A stretch of 64,000 nt of DNA from a virus: positions 1-64,000 of IMG/VR virus record IMGVR_UViG_3300045391_006990; one strand, 5' to 3'. Position 1 is the first letter of the stretch. Each line of letters starts with the position of its first letter. The notes beneath the pieces were generated by a model. That model saw nothing but the letters and a program-made list of their open reading frames with translations. It had not been told where the DNA came from and did not search any database. The position numbers were made by a program, and so were the translations under genes. Below, piece by piece: positions 1 to 9,012 of this stretch.

Positions 1-1
1 C

Positions 2-1159
2 AAGCTCAGCGTCGAAATGCAAGGTGCGTTTCGAGAAGCGCTGGCTTCGGGCGACAACGCGGTAGACCGCACAACGAAGCTCATGGACAGGTTGCAGCGC
101 AACATCCTGTCCGTCGCCTACGGTCAACGTGATGACGTCGACTTCGCCGACGCGCTGGTACGCATCGTGGCTGACTACGACCTGCGTGCATCAGGCGTCG
201 ACCTGTCGGTCGGCAAGTGGCCGTGGGAGCCGTTCAACGACACGTCGGGCGGTTTGCAGAAAGACGACTACATCGTCTTCTACGGCCGACCGAAGAGCAA
301 GAAGTCCTGGATCTTGGCGGCGTTCGTCGCGAGCCTGTACCTGCAGGACAAGACGATCCTCGTCTACACCAAGGAGATGACAGCCGACAACATCCTGACG
401 CGCGTTGCGGCTTGTGTAGCTGGGCTGCCCTACCAGGAGCTGCGCACAGGGCGGCTGTCACGTGAAGACCGACAGAAGCTCGGCGTGCTGCAAGAAGTCG
501 TACTGGAGATGCAGAGCACGCAGCGGCTCATCTGCTTGAACGGCAAGGACTCGAACGGCAACGACACCATCGAATGGATCGAGGCCAAGGCCAAGAAGTA
601 CAAGCCCGACATCATCATTATCGACGGCCTGTACCTGATGAGCGACAGCCGCGGCAGCAAGAACCAGAAGGATAACTTCCGCGTGCAGAACATCTCGCGT
701 GCCGCGCGACAGATGGTCTTGAACCTGCACACTCCGCTCATCGCTACACTGCAAGCTACCCGCGCAGCATCGGCGCACAAGGCGGCGAACCTGGATGAAA
801 TCGCGTTCTCGGACGCCATCGGCCAAGACGTGACCTCCGCCATCCGCGTCATCAACGACGAGGAGACGGACACCATCACGCTCGTGGTCGGCGGCTCTCG
901 CGAGTACAAGTTCAGCGGCTGCTGCATCAACGGCAAATGCGCGCAGGACTTCAGCTTCATCCGAAACCTCAGCCAGAAAGAGATCGACAGCATCAAGCAA
1001 AGCGACGAGCGCAAGGACGAGAAGTCCGCAGGCGTGCTGCCGAATGGAGAGCCAGTACCCGCGAGGAAGAAAGACCCGAAGAAGGGCCTGCCCTCTGAGC
1101 GGTCTCAGATCGACAGACAATTCAACAGGCTCAACAGGCCAGGGATGCGGGTGCCATGA
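2..1159 (+). CDS. dnaB: DnaB-like replicative helicase (5'-truncated by the window edge)
   Basis: H1 'IVFYGRPKSKKS', H1a 'YTKEMT', H2 'IIIIDGLYLM', H3 'LIATLQATR', 'IAFSDAIGQD'; frame is open to the window edge. Confidence 0.85.
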   Translation, partial: KLSVEMQGAFREALASGDNAVDRTTKLMDRLQRNILSVAYGQRDDVDFADALVRIVADYDLRASGVDLSVGKWPWEPFNDTSGGLQKDDYIVFYGRPKSKKSWILAAFVASLYLQDKTILVYTKEMTADNILTRVAACVAGLPYQELRTGRLSREDRQKLGVLQEVVLEMQSTQRLICLNGKDSNGNDTIEWIEAKAKKYKPDIIIIDGLYLMSDSRGSKNQKDNFRVQNISRAARQMVLNLHTPLIATLQATRAASAHKAANLDEIAFSDAIGQDVTSAIRVINDEETDTITLVVGGSREYKFSGCCINGKCAQDFSFIRNLSQKEIDSIKQSDERKDEKSAGVLPNGEPVPARKKDPKKGLPSERSQIDRQFNRLNRPGMRVP

Positions 1160-2145
1160 CCGACATCGAAATCCCCGACGACCCAGTCGTCAAGAAGGTG
1201 CGCGACACCATCGACCAGCACCTGAAGCGGGTGCGCATGTCGGGCTCGAACAACATCGTGGCGCTGTGCCCCTTCCACGATGACCGCTCGCCGTCGTTCT
1301 CCATGAGCTTGGTGAACGGACTCTTCATCTGCTTCTCGTGTGGAGCCAAAGGCAATTTCCGTCAGTTCTTGACTCAAATCGGCATGACGCCGGAAGAGAT
1401 CAAGTACCACTACGGCCAGACGCTGCAGACGCTCAAGAAGAACGCGCCCCCGCCACCCGACCCGACGAAGCCGGGTGTGGTGATGGAGACGAACCGGCAC
1501 ATACCGGAGGAGCTCCTCGGCATCTTCAACTTCTTGCCGCTCGACCTGGTCGACGAGGGCTTCGAGGAAGCAACGCTACGGGCGTTCCAGGTGGGGGTAG
1601 ACAAGAAGCACGAGCGCATCACGTACCCCATCCGAGACATGCTCGGGCACCTGGTCGGCGTCAGCGGACGCGCCATGCATGAGCACCAAGAGCCTAGGTA
1701 CAAGGTCTACGACAAGGAGTACCAGGCCTGGGACTTGCCGCCATACGACACGGACAAGGGCGCGTGTTTGTGGAACAGCCACGAGGTCTACCTGCGGCGC
1801 CGGCACTCCGCGGACAACGAACCCATCGCCATTGTGGAGGGGTTCAAGGCGTGCATGTGGTTGAAACAAGCAGGAGTCAAGGATGTAGTGGCCCTGATGA
1901 CTGCCGACATGAGCTGGGCGCAGAAGTGGATTCTTTCCCGCCTGGGAAGCCGCTTCATCGTCATGCTCGACAACAACGAAGCCGGCTGGAAAGGGACAGT
2001 AAATGTCACACGAGAGCTTGCGAAGCTCTCCCAAGATGTGCGAGTAGTCGAGTACGAAGAAGATCAGCCATCAGACGTACCTCGTGAGGACGTTCTGCAG
2101 TTGGTCCAAAGCGCTACTCCTTACGACTTCATGCTTCTCGATTAG
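1156..2145 (+). CDS. dnaG: DnaG-like DNA primase (CHC2 zinc finger + TOPRIM)
   Basis: 'ALCPFHDDRSPSF...CFSCG', 'RITYPIRD...VSGR', 'IVEGF', 'MLDNNEAG'; ATGA overlap with helicase. Confidence 0.9.
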   Translation: MTDIEIPDDPVVKKVRDTIDQHLKRVRMSGSNNIVALCPFHDDRSPSFSMSLVNGLFICFSCGAKGNFRQFLTQIGMTPEEIKYHYGQTLQTLKKNAPPPPDPTKPGVVMETNRHIPEELLGIFNFLPLDLVDEGFEEATLRAFQVGVDKKHERITYPIRDMLGHLVGVSGRAMHEHQEPRYKVYDKEYQAWDLPPYDTDKGACLWNSHEVYLRRRHSADNEPIAIVEGFKACMWLKQAGVKDVVALMTADMSWAQKWILSRLGSRFIVMLDNNEAGWKGTVNVTRELAKLSQDVRVVEYEEDQPSDVPREDVLQLVQSATPYDFMLLD

Positions 2146-2207
2146 CCCCGCTGCGGGCTCGGTACACAGACCCCATGGGGTCTCATCAAACAGGTCCCGT
2201 GGGACCT
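2144..2207. repeat. Three 16-bp inverted repeats at 24-bp period
   Basis: AGCCCCGCTGCGGGCT (2144, imperfect), AGACCCCATGGGGTCT (2168, perfect), AGGTCCCGTGGGACCT (2192), with 8-bp spacers. Confidence 0.8.
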
Positions 2208-2223
2208 TGCAGAAAGAAAATAC

Positions 2224-3435
2224 ATGGCATTCGGAAAAGGTCGCGAAAAGCTCGGCAACATGAACCTGCGCCAGCAAATGAAGCGCGGGACGAAACGTCC
2301 GCCGAAATCTGGGGGAGGAAAAGGTGGAGCACCGTACTTCGTCAACAAGTACCAGCCGCCTGACGCTGGCCCGCCGGACATCATCCGCGTGATCCCAGGT
2401 CAGTTCCCGACGCCGCGCGTCGACTTCGACAACAAGGACTACTTCCGTGATGACGAGAACAACATCATCATGGACCCGCTGCCCTACGTGAAGTACGTCG
2501 AGTACTACCACGCGGTGAAGAACCGGAGCTGCATCGGCTCCGAGGGTCCGCTGGGTGACTTCAAAGGCAAGGGCGAGAAGTGCATTGCCTCCGACTGGTA
2601 CTGGTACGAATGGCGCCAGCGCAAGGCCCACAACAGCGACAAGCCGAACGCCATGGCTCGCCGCGAGAAGTTCGCCTTCACCGTGCTGGTCCAGGCCCCG
2701 TTCTACAAGGTGCCGCGCGTCGACGACGCCGGCAACATGAGGATGAACGAGACCACGAACGAGCCCTACTACGACTGGCTCAAGGGCTCGAAGCGCGGCA
2801 ACGACGAGTACGCGACGGCGGGCTACGAGCGCAAAGAAGGCCACCTCCAGCACTGGTCGCTGGGCTTTTCGCATTGGAACACGCTGACCGAGTACACGGA
2901 CAGCCTCGCGCGCCATTGCCGTTCCTGCAACTCGCAGGACAGCATCGTACCGGTGGCGCTCACCTGCCAGCACTGCGGCGACGCTGTGGTCGAGTTCGAC
3001 TCGACGCAGCTGTCGGACGAAGACCTGGAGAAGGTGAAGAGCGAGCCGACGGCGTGCCACAACTGCGGGGTGGTCGACTACCTCGAAGACATGATCCGCT
3101 GCGAGAACTGCGATCACGGTGAGCAGGCCACGCTGTTCGACTTCGACTTGGAGGTGAAGCGTGTAAAGACGGCCGGCGACACCGGTAACCAGACCACGCT
3201 GCAGATCACCCGCGCCATTGGGCCGCGCCCCATCGACCAGATGTACGGCGACGACCTGCGCAAACCGCTACCGCTCGACAAGATCTTCTCGCCGACCCCG
3301 GTGGAGAAACAGATCGAGCTGTTCGGTACGCCGCCCACCGAGAGCCAGAACACGGGCGGTGGCGACCACGGGCAGGGTGGAGGTGGCAGCGGCCGCAACC
3401 CGAGCACCAAGGGTGCCAGTTCGTACGCCCGCTGA
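2224..3435 (+). CDS. Putative single-stranded DNA-binding protein (gp32-like position) with four CxxC motifs
   Basis: Lies between primase and polymerase; 'IIRVIPG', 'YVEYYH'; CRSC/CQHC/CHNC/CENC; 'EVKRVKTAGDTGNQTT' resembles a phage SSB OB-fold strand; own terminator. Confidence 0.55.
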   Translation: MAFGKGREKLGNMNLRQQMKRGTKRPPKSGGGKGGAPYFVNKYQPPDAGPPDIIRVIPGQFPTPRVDFDNKDYFRDDENNIIMDPLPYVKYVEYYHAVKNRSCIGSEGPLGDFKGKGEKCIASDWYWYEWRQRKAHNSDKPNAMARREKFAFTVLVQAPFYKVPRVDDAGNMRMNETTNEPYYDWLKGSKRGNDEYATAGYERKEGHLQHWSLGFSHWNTLTEYTDSLARHCRSCNSQDSIVPVALTCQHCGDAVVEFDSTQLSDEDLEKVKSEPTACHNCGVVDYLEDMIRCENCDHGEQATLFDFDLEVKRVKTAGDTGNQTTLQITRAIGPRPIDQMYGDDLRKPLPLDKIFSPTPVEKQIELFGTPPTESQNTGGGDHGQGGGGSGRNPSTKGASSYAR

Positions 3436-3446
3436 GTCGCGCAATC

Positions 3447-3480
3447 GGGGCCCTTCCGAAAGGTTGGGCCCCTTCTTTTT
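3447..3480 (+). terminator. Intrinsic terminator
   Basis: GGGGCCC-ttCCgaaaGGtt-GGGCCCC followed by TTCTTTTT. Confidence 0.85.
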
Positions 3481-3495
3481 GTCCTGAGGAGCGTC

Positions 3496-5556
3496 ATGGG
3501 TTGGAACATAAAAATGCCCGACGCCGAGTACATCACTCTCGAAAGCGAGAAGCTTGATGGCTTGGTGCGCGAGATCACAGACCAGAAAGCTGTCGCCATC
3601 GATTCCGAGACCGACGGTCTGATCCTGCACAAGTGCCGCCCCTACTACTGGTCACTGTGCTGGAAGACACACCGAGGCAACGAACGGCGCATCACGCTGC
3701 CGGCGGATACGCTGGGTGCGTTCAAATACGCCTTCGCTGACTACGAGAAGAAGTGGGTCTTCGCCAACGCCAAGTTCGACATGCACATGTTCGCGAACCT
3801 GGCCATCGACATCAAGGGGCTGCTCGTTGACATCCAGGTGATGCATGCATTGCTCTTCGAGGAGCAATCGCACGGCCTCAAGGATATTGCGGCATCGCTA
3901 CTGGGCTGGAAGTGGACCGACTTCACGGACACGTTCGGCTCGATGCGCGCCGGCATCTGTGTGTGCGGCGGCAGCAAGGCCTCGCACTTCAACCAAGCTG
4001 GTATCTGCAAGAAGACTGGTTGTGCCAACTTCCAACAGGTGGGCCCGCTGGACCTACTCCGTCGCGCCGAAGCGACGAACATGAACCTGCTCATCGACTA
4101 CGCGGCGAACGACGCCTACGGCACCTGGAAAATATTCGAGAGGCTACACGAGGACCTGGCAAAGGAAGAGACCTGGAGCCTGTACGACGACCGGTGGCCC
4201 TTCATCCGCAACATGCAGGATTACTTCTACAAGACCGAGATGCCGTTCACGCGCGTGCTCTACACGTGTGAGCGCAACGGGCTGCGCGTCAACAAGAAGT
4301 ACCTGGAGGAGATCTCCCCCGGCATCTTGAAGGACATGGCGCGGCTGCGGTCCGACATCAACACCATCACCGGCAAGATGATGAAGACGAACGGACCGAT
4401 GCTGGTCGAGTACTTCATCGACGAGTGCGGCCTCAAGCCGCTCAAGATGACCAGCGGTGGCAAGAGTGGCATCAAGAAGCCGTCCGTCGACGAGAAGTTC
4501 CTGGAGCACGTCGCCGATACCTACCCGAACAAGCCGTACGGAGAGGTCGCCAAGCTGCTCAGCGAGCACAACAAGATCGAGAAGCAGTACGGTACGTACA
4601 TCGAAAAGATGCCTGGCCGCCTGGACGCCAGGGACCGTGTGCACCCTCGGCTCAACCAGGACGTCGCTCGTACCGGTCGCCTGAGCTCGAGCGACCCGAA
4701 CCTGCAGAACGTCACGGGCGGCGAGAAGGACCTCTACAAGCTGCGCAACAGCTTCATCGCCCAGCAGGGCTACAAGCTCATCTGCGCGGACTACTCCCAG
4801 CTCGAGATGCGCCTCCTGGCTGCGGCTTCACAAGAGCCGGCCATGATGGACATCTTCCACAAGAATTGGGACATCCACATGGGCAACGTCTCCATCGTCT
4901 ACGGCATTCCGTACGAGGACATGGTCCAGGCGAAGAAGATCGACAAGGCGGTCGAGAAGGGAGAGCTGCCTCCGGAGGCCCGGACGGACTACGTAAAGCG
5001 CTGCTTGGCGCTGCGAAACAGCATCAAGCAAATCGGCTTCGGGCTGAACTACGGCATGAAAGAGAAGGCGATGGCAGCGCGCATCGGCTGCACCGTAGAG
5101 GAAGCCGTGCAGACCATCGAAAAGTACATGGACACGTACCCAACCGTGCGGAAGTTCTTCCAGGGTGCGGCGGAAGATGCCAGGCGCACGGGCTACGCCT
5201 TCACGCTGCTGGGCCGCCGCCGCTACCTGCCCGACATCACGAACCGCGACGACTACACACGCTTCCGCGCTGAGCGCCAGGCTTCGAACATGCCCATCCA
5301 AGGCACGGCTGCCGAGGTCTGCAAGATGGCGATGATCAACATCTACGAAGACGTCGAGCTGCGCGACAAGTACGGCTACATGATGTGCCTGCAGGTGCAC
5401 GACGAAATCGTCGGTGAATGCCCTGAGGAGAACGTAGCCGTCGTACTGCCACGCATCCGTGAGTGGATGGAACACCCCTTCCCCTCGGACATCGGCGTGC
5501 CGCTGACCGCCGAAATCGGTGCCGGCGACGCTTGGGGTACTGCAAAGAAAGGCTGA
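3496..5556 (+). CDS. polA: Family A DNA polymerase with 3'-5' exonuclease domain
   Basis: ExoI 'IDSETDG', ExoII 'NAKFD', ExoIII 'YAANDA'; 'TGRLSSSDPNLQN'; motif A 'ADYSQLEMR'; motif B 'KQIGFGLNYG'; motif C 'QVHDEI'. Confidence 0.97.
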   Translation: MGWNIKMPDAEYITLESEKLDGLVREITDQKAVAIDSETDGLILHKCRPYYWSLCWKTHRGNERRITLPADTLGAFKYAFADYEKKWVFANAKFDMHMFANLAIDIKGLLVDIQVMHALLFEEQSHGLKDIAASLLGWKWTDFTDTFGSMRAGICVCGGSKASHFNQAGICKKTGCANFQQVGPLDLLRRAEATNMNLLIDYAANDAYGTWKIFERLHEDLAKEETWSLYDDRWPFIRNMQDYFYKTEMPFTRVLYTCERNGLRVNKKYLEEISPGILKDMARLRSDINTITGKMMKTNGPMLVEYFIDECGLKPLKMTSGGKSGIKKPSVDEKFLEHVADTYPNKPYGEVAKLLSEHNKIEKQYGTYIEKMPGRLDARDRVHPRLNQDVARTGRLSSSDPNLQNVTGGEKDLYKLRNSFIAQQGYKLICADYSQLEMRLLAAASQEPAMMDIFHKNWDIHMGNVSIVYGIPYEDMVQAKKIDKAVEKGELPPEARTDYVKRCLALRNSIKQIGFGLNYGMKEKAMAARIGCTVEEAVQTIEKYMDTYPTVRKFFQGAAEDARRTGYAFTLLGRRRYLPDITNRDDYTRFRAERQASNMPIQGTAAEVCKMAMINIYEDVELRDKYGYMMCLQVHDEIVGECPEENVAVVLPRIREWMEHPFPSDIGVPLTAEIGAGDAWGTAKKG

Positions 5557-5558
5557 GG

Positions 5559-5924
5559 ATGGCAACCAAGAAGAAAGAAGCGGTAGTGGACAGAGAAGGA
5601 GCCCGTAGGGTCTCAAAGCTCATCCACAGCGAGTTCAACAAGATGCGCGACACGCTGAAGTTATCCGTAGACGAGCGCGTCAAGCTGTACGAAGAGTTCC
5701 TGTTGGCACATCCGGACATCAAGGGGCGCAGGAAGGCGGAGAGCACGCTACGCGCCGTACTGAAGAACATCAAAAAGCACCTGCGCATGGAGATTCGCTT
5801 GGTGCTACCTGAGTTCCGTGACCTGTGCGCCGAAGTTGTGGTCGACAAAGAGTTCAAACTCATGACGATCGCAGGTCGCGTCTCCGCCAAGGGATTTGCG
5901 CGCAGGCATGGCAAGAAAAAGTGA
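5559..5924 (+). CDS. Hypothetical basic protein
   Basis: ATG after GAGG directly following the polA stop; fills the operon. Confidence 0.6.
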   Translation: MATKKKEAVVDREGARRVSKLIHSEFNKMRDTLKLSVDERVKLYEEFLLAHPDIKGRRKAESTLRAVLKNIKKHLRMEIRLVLPEFRDLCAEVVVDKEFKLMTIAGRVSAKGFARRHGKKK

Positions 5925-6246
5925 TATCGACCGCGAGGTGATCCTGGAAACGGGGCTCTCAGAGCGCACCGTCAAGCTCGTCACCCAGGTGTTCCTCAGC
6001 AAAGTGACCGAAGCCCTAGTAGCGGGACAGGCCGTGACGCTCGACAACTTCGGTCGGCTTCATCTGGCTGAGCAAGGCGGCGCCCCTCCGCCGCATGCGC
6101 GCTTCGGTACCGGAGAAAAGAACACTGAAGAGACGAGCGTACGTTTTCGAGTACACTTCACCAAAGCACCTGCCTTCAGCGAGACGTTAAGGCAGCACAA
6201 CCTGGAGAAGTCACATGGAAAAGTACGCCGTAAACGAATCAGTTGA
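5908..6246 (+). CDS. HU/IHF-like DNA-binding protein
   Basis: 'ARKSDIDREVILETGLS...VFLSKVTEALVAGQAVTLDNFGRL...FRVHFTKAPAF'. Confidence 0.8.
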   Translation: MARKSDIDREVILETGLSERTVKLVTQVFLSKVTEALVAGQAVTLDNFGRLHLAEQGGAPPPHARFGTGEKNTEETSVRFRVHFTKAPAFSETLRQHNLEKSHGKVRRKRIS

Positions 6247-6373
6247 TGAAGTTGCGATGGAGAAGGCTGCCTCACAAGGCTGCCCGGAATGTGGTGCCAA
6301 GTGCGAACGACATGGCAACACGATGAAGTGCCCGGTCCACGGCACTGAACCGTTCGAGAAGAAACAGGAGTAA
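6215..6373 (+). CDS. Small zinc-ribbon protein (52 aa, below the ORF-track cut-off)
   Basis: MEKYAV...GCPECGAKC...KCPVHG; GGAG RBS; stop overlaps the recA ATG (TAATG). Confidence 0.7.
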   Translation: MEKYAVNESVDEVAMEKAASQGCPECGAKCERHGNTMKCPVHGTEPFEKKQE

Positions 6374-7752
6374 TGGCTGCAAAGAAGACGGCGAAGAAGA
6401 CTGCGGCGAAGGCCAAGAACAAGCCAACGCTTCGAGTGCCTAGCACCAAGGGGGCGGCTCCCGCCCCCGCTGCGGTACCGAAGCGAGCACCAACAACCCA
6501 ACATGCAGTTCGACGCACGTCGCTAGCTGGCGTGCCCGACATGACGCAGAAAGAACGCCTTGCGGCGGCCAAGGCGGCTGCCGATAAAATCAACAAGGAG
6601 TTCAAGGGCGAGATCGTGGTGGCGGCGGAAGACGCACACGGTAAGAGCTTCCTGCGTCGTCCGAGCGGCATCATGCAACTCGACATCGATACGGGCGGCG
6701 GGCTTCCTGCAGGCAGCTTCAACACCATCAGCGGCCCGAACAACGCAGGCAAGTCGACCATCCTGTACTACTACTTCGCTGAGCATCAGCGGCTCTACGG
6801 CGAAGAAGCCTACTGCGCGCTCATCCTGTCCGAAGGCAACGTCGACTACGACCAAGCGCGGCGCTGCGGTTGGGTCATCCCCTACCCGGAGGAAGTCATC
6901 GCCGGCAAGCAGCAGGCTCGCCGCGAGCTCGGTGTGCCTGACTTCACTGACGAAGAGCTGGCAGACCTGCGCCGCAGCGTCGGCGTCAACCACATCGTCT
7001 ACGGACTGTCGACAGCCGAGGAGATGCTGGATGTGGCCGAGAAACTGCTCGCCACCAACCTGTACGGCATCATCGGCCTCGACTCCTACGAGGGCCTCAT
7101 GCCCAACGCCGAGGCCTCGCTCGAGTCGCTGGAGGACCATCCACAGCAGGCGGCTCGCGCGACAGCCATAGGCCGATTCTTGCAGCACTACGGGCCCATC
7201 AAGCGCAACCCGTTGCACTTCACGACCTTCATCATGACCTGCCAAATCCGCTTCAACCGAAAGAAGCAGGAGGCGCAGACGTTCATGCAGAAGTACTTGA
7301 AGGACTGGGCGGAGGTGGTACCCGACGTCGTCAAACACTGGCGCACCATCGCCATCACGCTCTGGGCTTCCGGCAAGGAGAAAGAGAAGGGCGGGAAAGA
7401 CGAGAAGGGCGAGAAGATGGCGGCCGAGGTCGTCGGCAAGAACGTGCACTGGGAAATTGCCAAGGGCAAGGATGGTACGCACGACAACATCATGGGCTCG
7501 ACCACCTACTGGTACGACCCTCGTTGCTTCGATCTCCAGCGCACGGTCATCCAGGCTGGCTTGCGCTACGGCGTGATCCGCGAGGTCGAGGGGCTGCTCA
7601 CGCTCTACAAGAACGGCGAGCCGCACGAGTACCTGGCCAACATCTCCGGACCAGAGACCTTCGTGCAGGCGCTGCTTGAAGAGCCAGAGGCGGAGTGGGA
7701 TGCACGCCACACCATCCTTCACGCCATCGGCAAGGACTGCCTCTACCGATGA
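6373..7752 (+). CDS. recA: RecA/UvsX-like recombinase
   Basis: 'PSGIMQLDIDTGGGLPAG', Walker A 'SGPNNAGKST', Walker B 'IIGLDS', 'MTCQIR'. Confidence 0.9.
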   Translation: MAAKKTAKKTAAKAKNKPTLRVPSTKGAAPAPAAVPKRAPTTQHAVRRTSLAGVPDMTQKERLAAAKAAADKINKEFKGEIVVAAEDAHGKSFLRRPSGIMQLDIDTGGGLPAGSFNTISGPNNAGKSTILYYYFAEHQRLYGEEAYCALILSEGNVDYDQARRCGWVIPYPEEVIAGKQQARRELGVPDFTDEELADLRRSVGVNHIVYGLSTAEEMLDVAEKLLATNLYGIIGLDSYEGLMPNAEASLESLEDHPQQAARATAIGRFLQHYGPIKRNPLHFTTFIMTCQIRFNRKKQEAQTFMQKYLKDWAEVVPDVVKHWRTIAITLWASGKEKEKGGKDEKGEKMAAEVVGKNVHWEIAKGKDGTHDNIMGSTTYWYDPRCFDLQRTVIQAGLRYGVIREVEGLLTLYKNGEPHEYLANISGPETFVQALLEEPEAEWDARHTILHAIGKDCLYR

Positions 7753-8096
7753 CGTATGGCGGGCGCCGGCCGTCGGCGAAGGCAATCCGACGGCGCTCCA
7801 GGAGACAAGAGCTGGAGCTGGCAGAAGGAACGGGAGCTAGGGTCCAAAAAGGCTCTGGCTCCATCCCGCATCTCAAGGGCGACGTGCGCTTCAAGGGGAG
7901 GTTCAGAGCCGAGTGCAAACAGACGCGGCTCAAGAGCTTCTCCGTGACGCGCGCCATCCTCGACAAGATTCGCAGTGAGTGCGAATTCGATGAGGTTCCT
8001 GTACTCGACGTCGAGTTCCTGAGCCCTGTCGGCAAGACCGAGGAACGCTACATCGTCATCCCCTACAACGTGTGGCTCGAGCTACAGAAAGAATGA
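7749..8096 (+). CDS. PD-(D/E)xK Holliday-junction-resolvase-like endonuclease
   Basis: 'QELELAE..GARVQKGSG...KGDV...AECKQT'; ATGA overlap with recA. Confidence 0.7.
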   Translation: MTYGGRRPSAKAIRRRSRRQELELAEGTGARVQKGSGSIPHLKGDVRFKGRFRAECKQTRLKSFSVTRAILDKIRSECEFDEVPVLDVEFLSPVGKTEERYIVIPYNVWLELQKE

Positions 8097-8097
8097 A

Positions 8098-9012
8098 ATG
8101 GGCCTTGTCACCATCAGCGACCTGCTCACGCAACCGAAAGAAATGATCGCAAAGTACCGAACGTGGGCCTACGACGTCGGTGAGATGTACGACAACTTCA
8201 TCAAAACCGATGAGGAGAACGTTTCGTTTGAAGTGGGTTGGCATGGTGCCAAGGCTCGCTCCGCTGGCATTCACGCCTCGGAGCTATCAGGTGAGTGCAG
8301 ACGCCCCGTCTGGTACTCGTTGAAGGGCACGGAACGCAGCGACATCGATCTCGACCCGTTCTGGAAGAAGAAGTTCCGTGTCGGACACGTGTACCACGCC
8401 ATGGTGCAAGAAGACTGGCGTCGAATGTGCGAGAAGAGCGACGGCATGCTCACCTTCGAGAGTGAAGTACGCATTTCACCCGAGCTGAAGGGCATGGCCG
8501 AGCAGTACGGGATCCAGTCGAGTTGCGACGGGCGTATCAACTTCCACGACTTCCCTGGCGGGCCGCCGGTCATGCGGCTTGGCATCGAGATCAAGACCGA
8601 GTCGCCCGACCAATTCAAAGACCTGAAGGAGCCAAAGCTTCAGCATCGGCGACAGACGTGCGTCTACATGCGCTGCCTCGATGTTCCGTTGATGTACACC
8701 CAGTACATCAACAAGGGCACGCAGAACATCGTGCCCTCAAAGCCGCCGTGGGTGTTCAGCTTCGACTTCAATCTCTGGAACGAAATCGAGTCGGAAGCAA
8801 AGCAGGTCATCCACCTCGCTACCATCAACGAGCTTCCTCCACGCAAAGAGGGCATTTGGTGCGAGTTCTGCGGCTACAACCAGACGTGCCAGCCCGACGC
8901 ACTCGCTAAGAAGGCCAAGCGTGATGTTGGGCGCAAGCGGAGAGCAGAGCAACAGAAGCGCATCCGCACGGTTGGTGCGGGAGGTATTCGAGTACCGAAA
9001 GGAAATACATGA
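8098..9012 (+). CDS. Cas4-like / PD-(D/E)xK exonuclease
   Basis: 'IHASELSGECRR', 'GHVYH', 'CDG', 'IEIKT', 'Q..VYM', C-terminal 'CEFCGYNQTC' (four-Cys cluster). Confidence 0.8.
   Translation: MGLVTISDLLTQPKEMIAKYRTWAYDVGEMYDNFIKTDEENVSFEVGWHGAKARSAGIHASELSGECRRPVWYSLKGTERSDIDLDPFWKKKFRVGHVYHAMVQEDWRRMCEKSDGMLTFESEVRISPELKGMAEQYGIQSSCDGRINFHDFPGGPPVMRLGIEIKTESPDQFKDLKEPKLQHRRQTCVYMRCLDVPLMYTQYINKGTQNIVPSKPPWVFSFDFNLWNEIESEAKQVIHLATINELPPRKEGIWCEFCGYNQTCQPDALAKKAKRDVGRKRRAEQQKRIRTVGAGGIRVPKGNT

Noticed and set aside
3950-4040. Intein or intron in polA
   Set aside because: The insert is only ~30 aa with no splicing motifs, and the reading frame is continuous.
3496-5556. Z-base (2-aminoadenine) genome with DpoZ/MazZ
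   Set aside because: No purZ or datZ recognised in the window; Pol A plus a MazG-like gene is not enough evidence.
6523-7785. 420-aa - strand ORF and similar long antisense ORFs over the replication genes
   Set aside because: Antisense to recA, polA or ssb; explained by GC3 bias.
8098-9012. Cas4 as part of a CRISPR-Cas system; 2144-2207 palindromes as a mini-array
   Set aside because: No other cas genes; the repeats are non-identical with 8-bp spacers, far too short for CRISPR; solo Cas4-like nucleases are common in phages.
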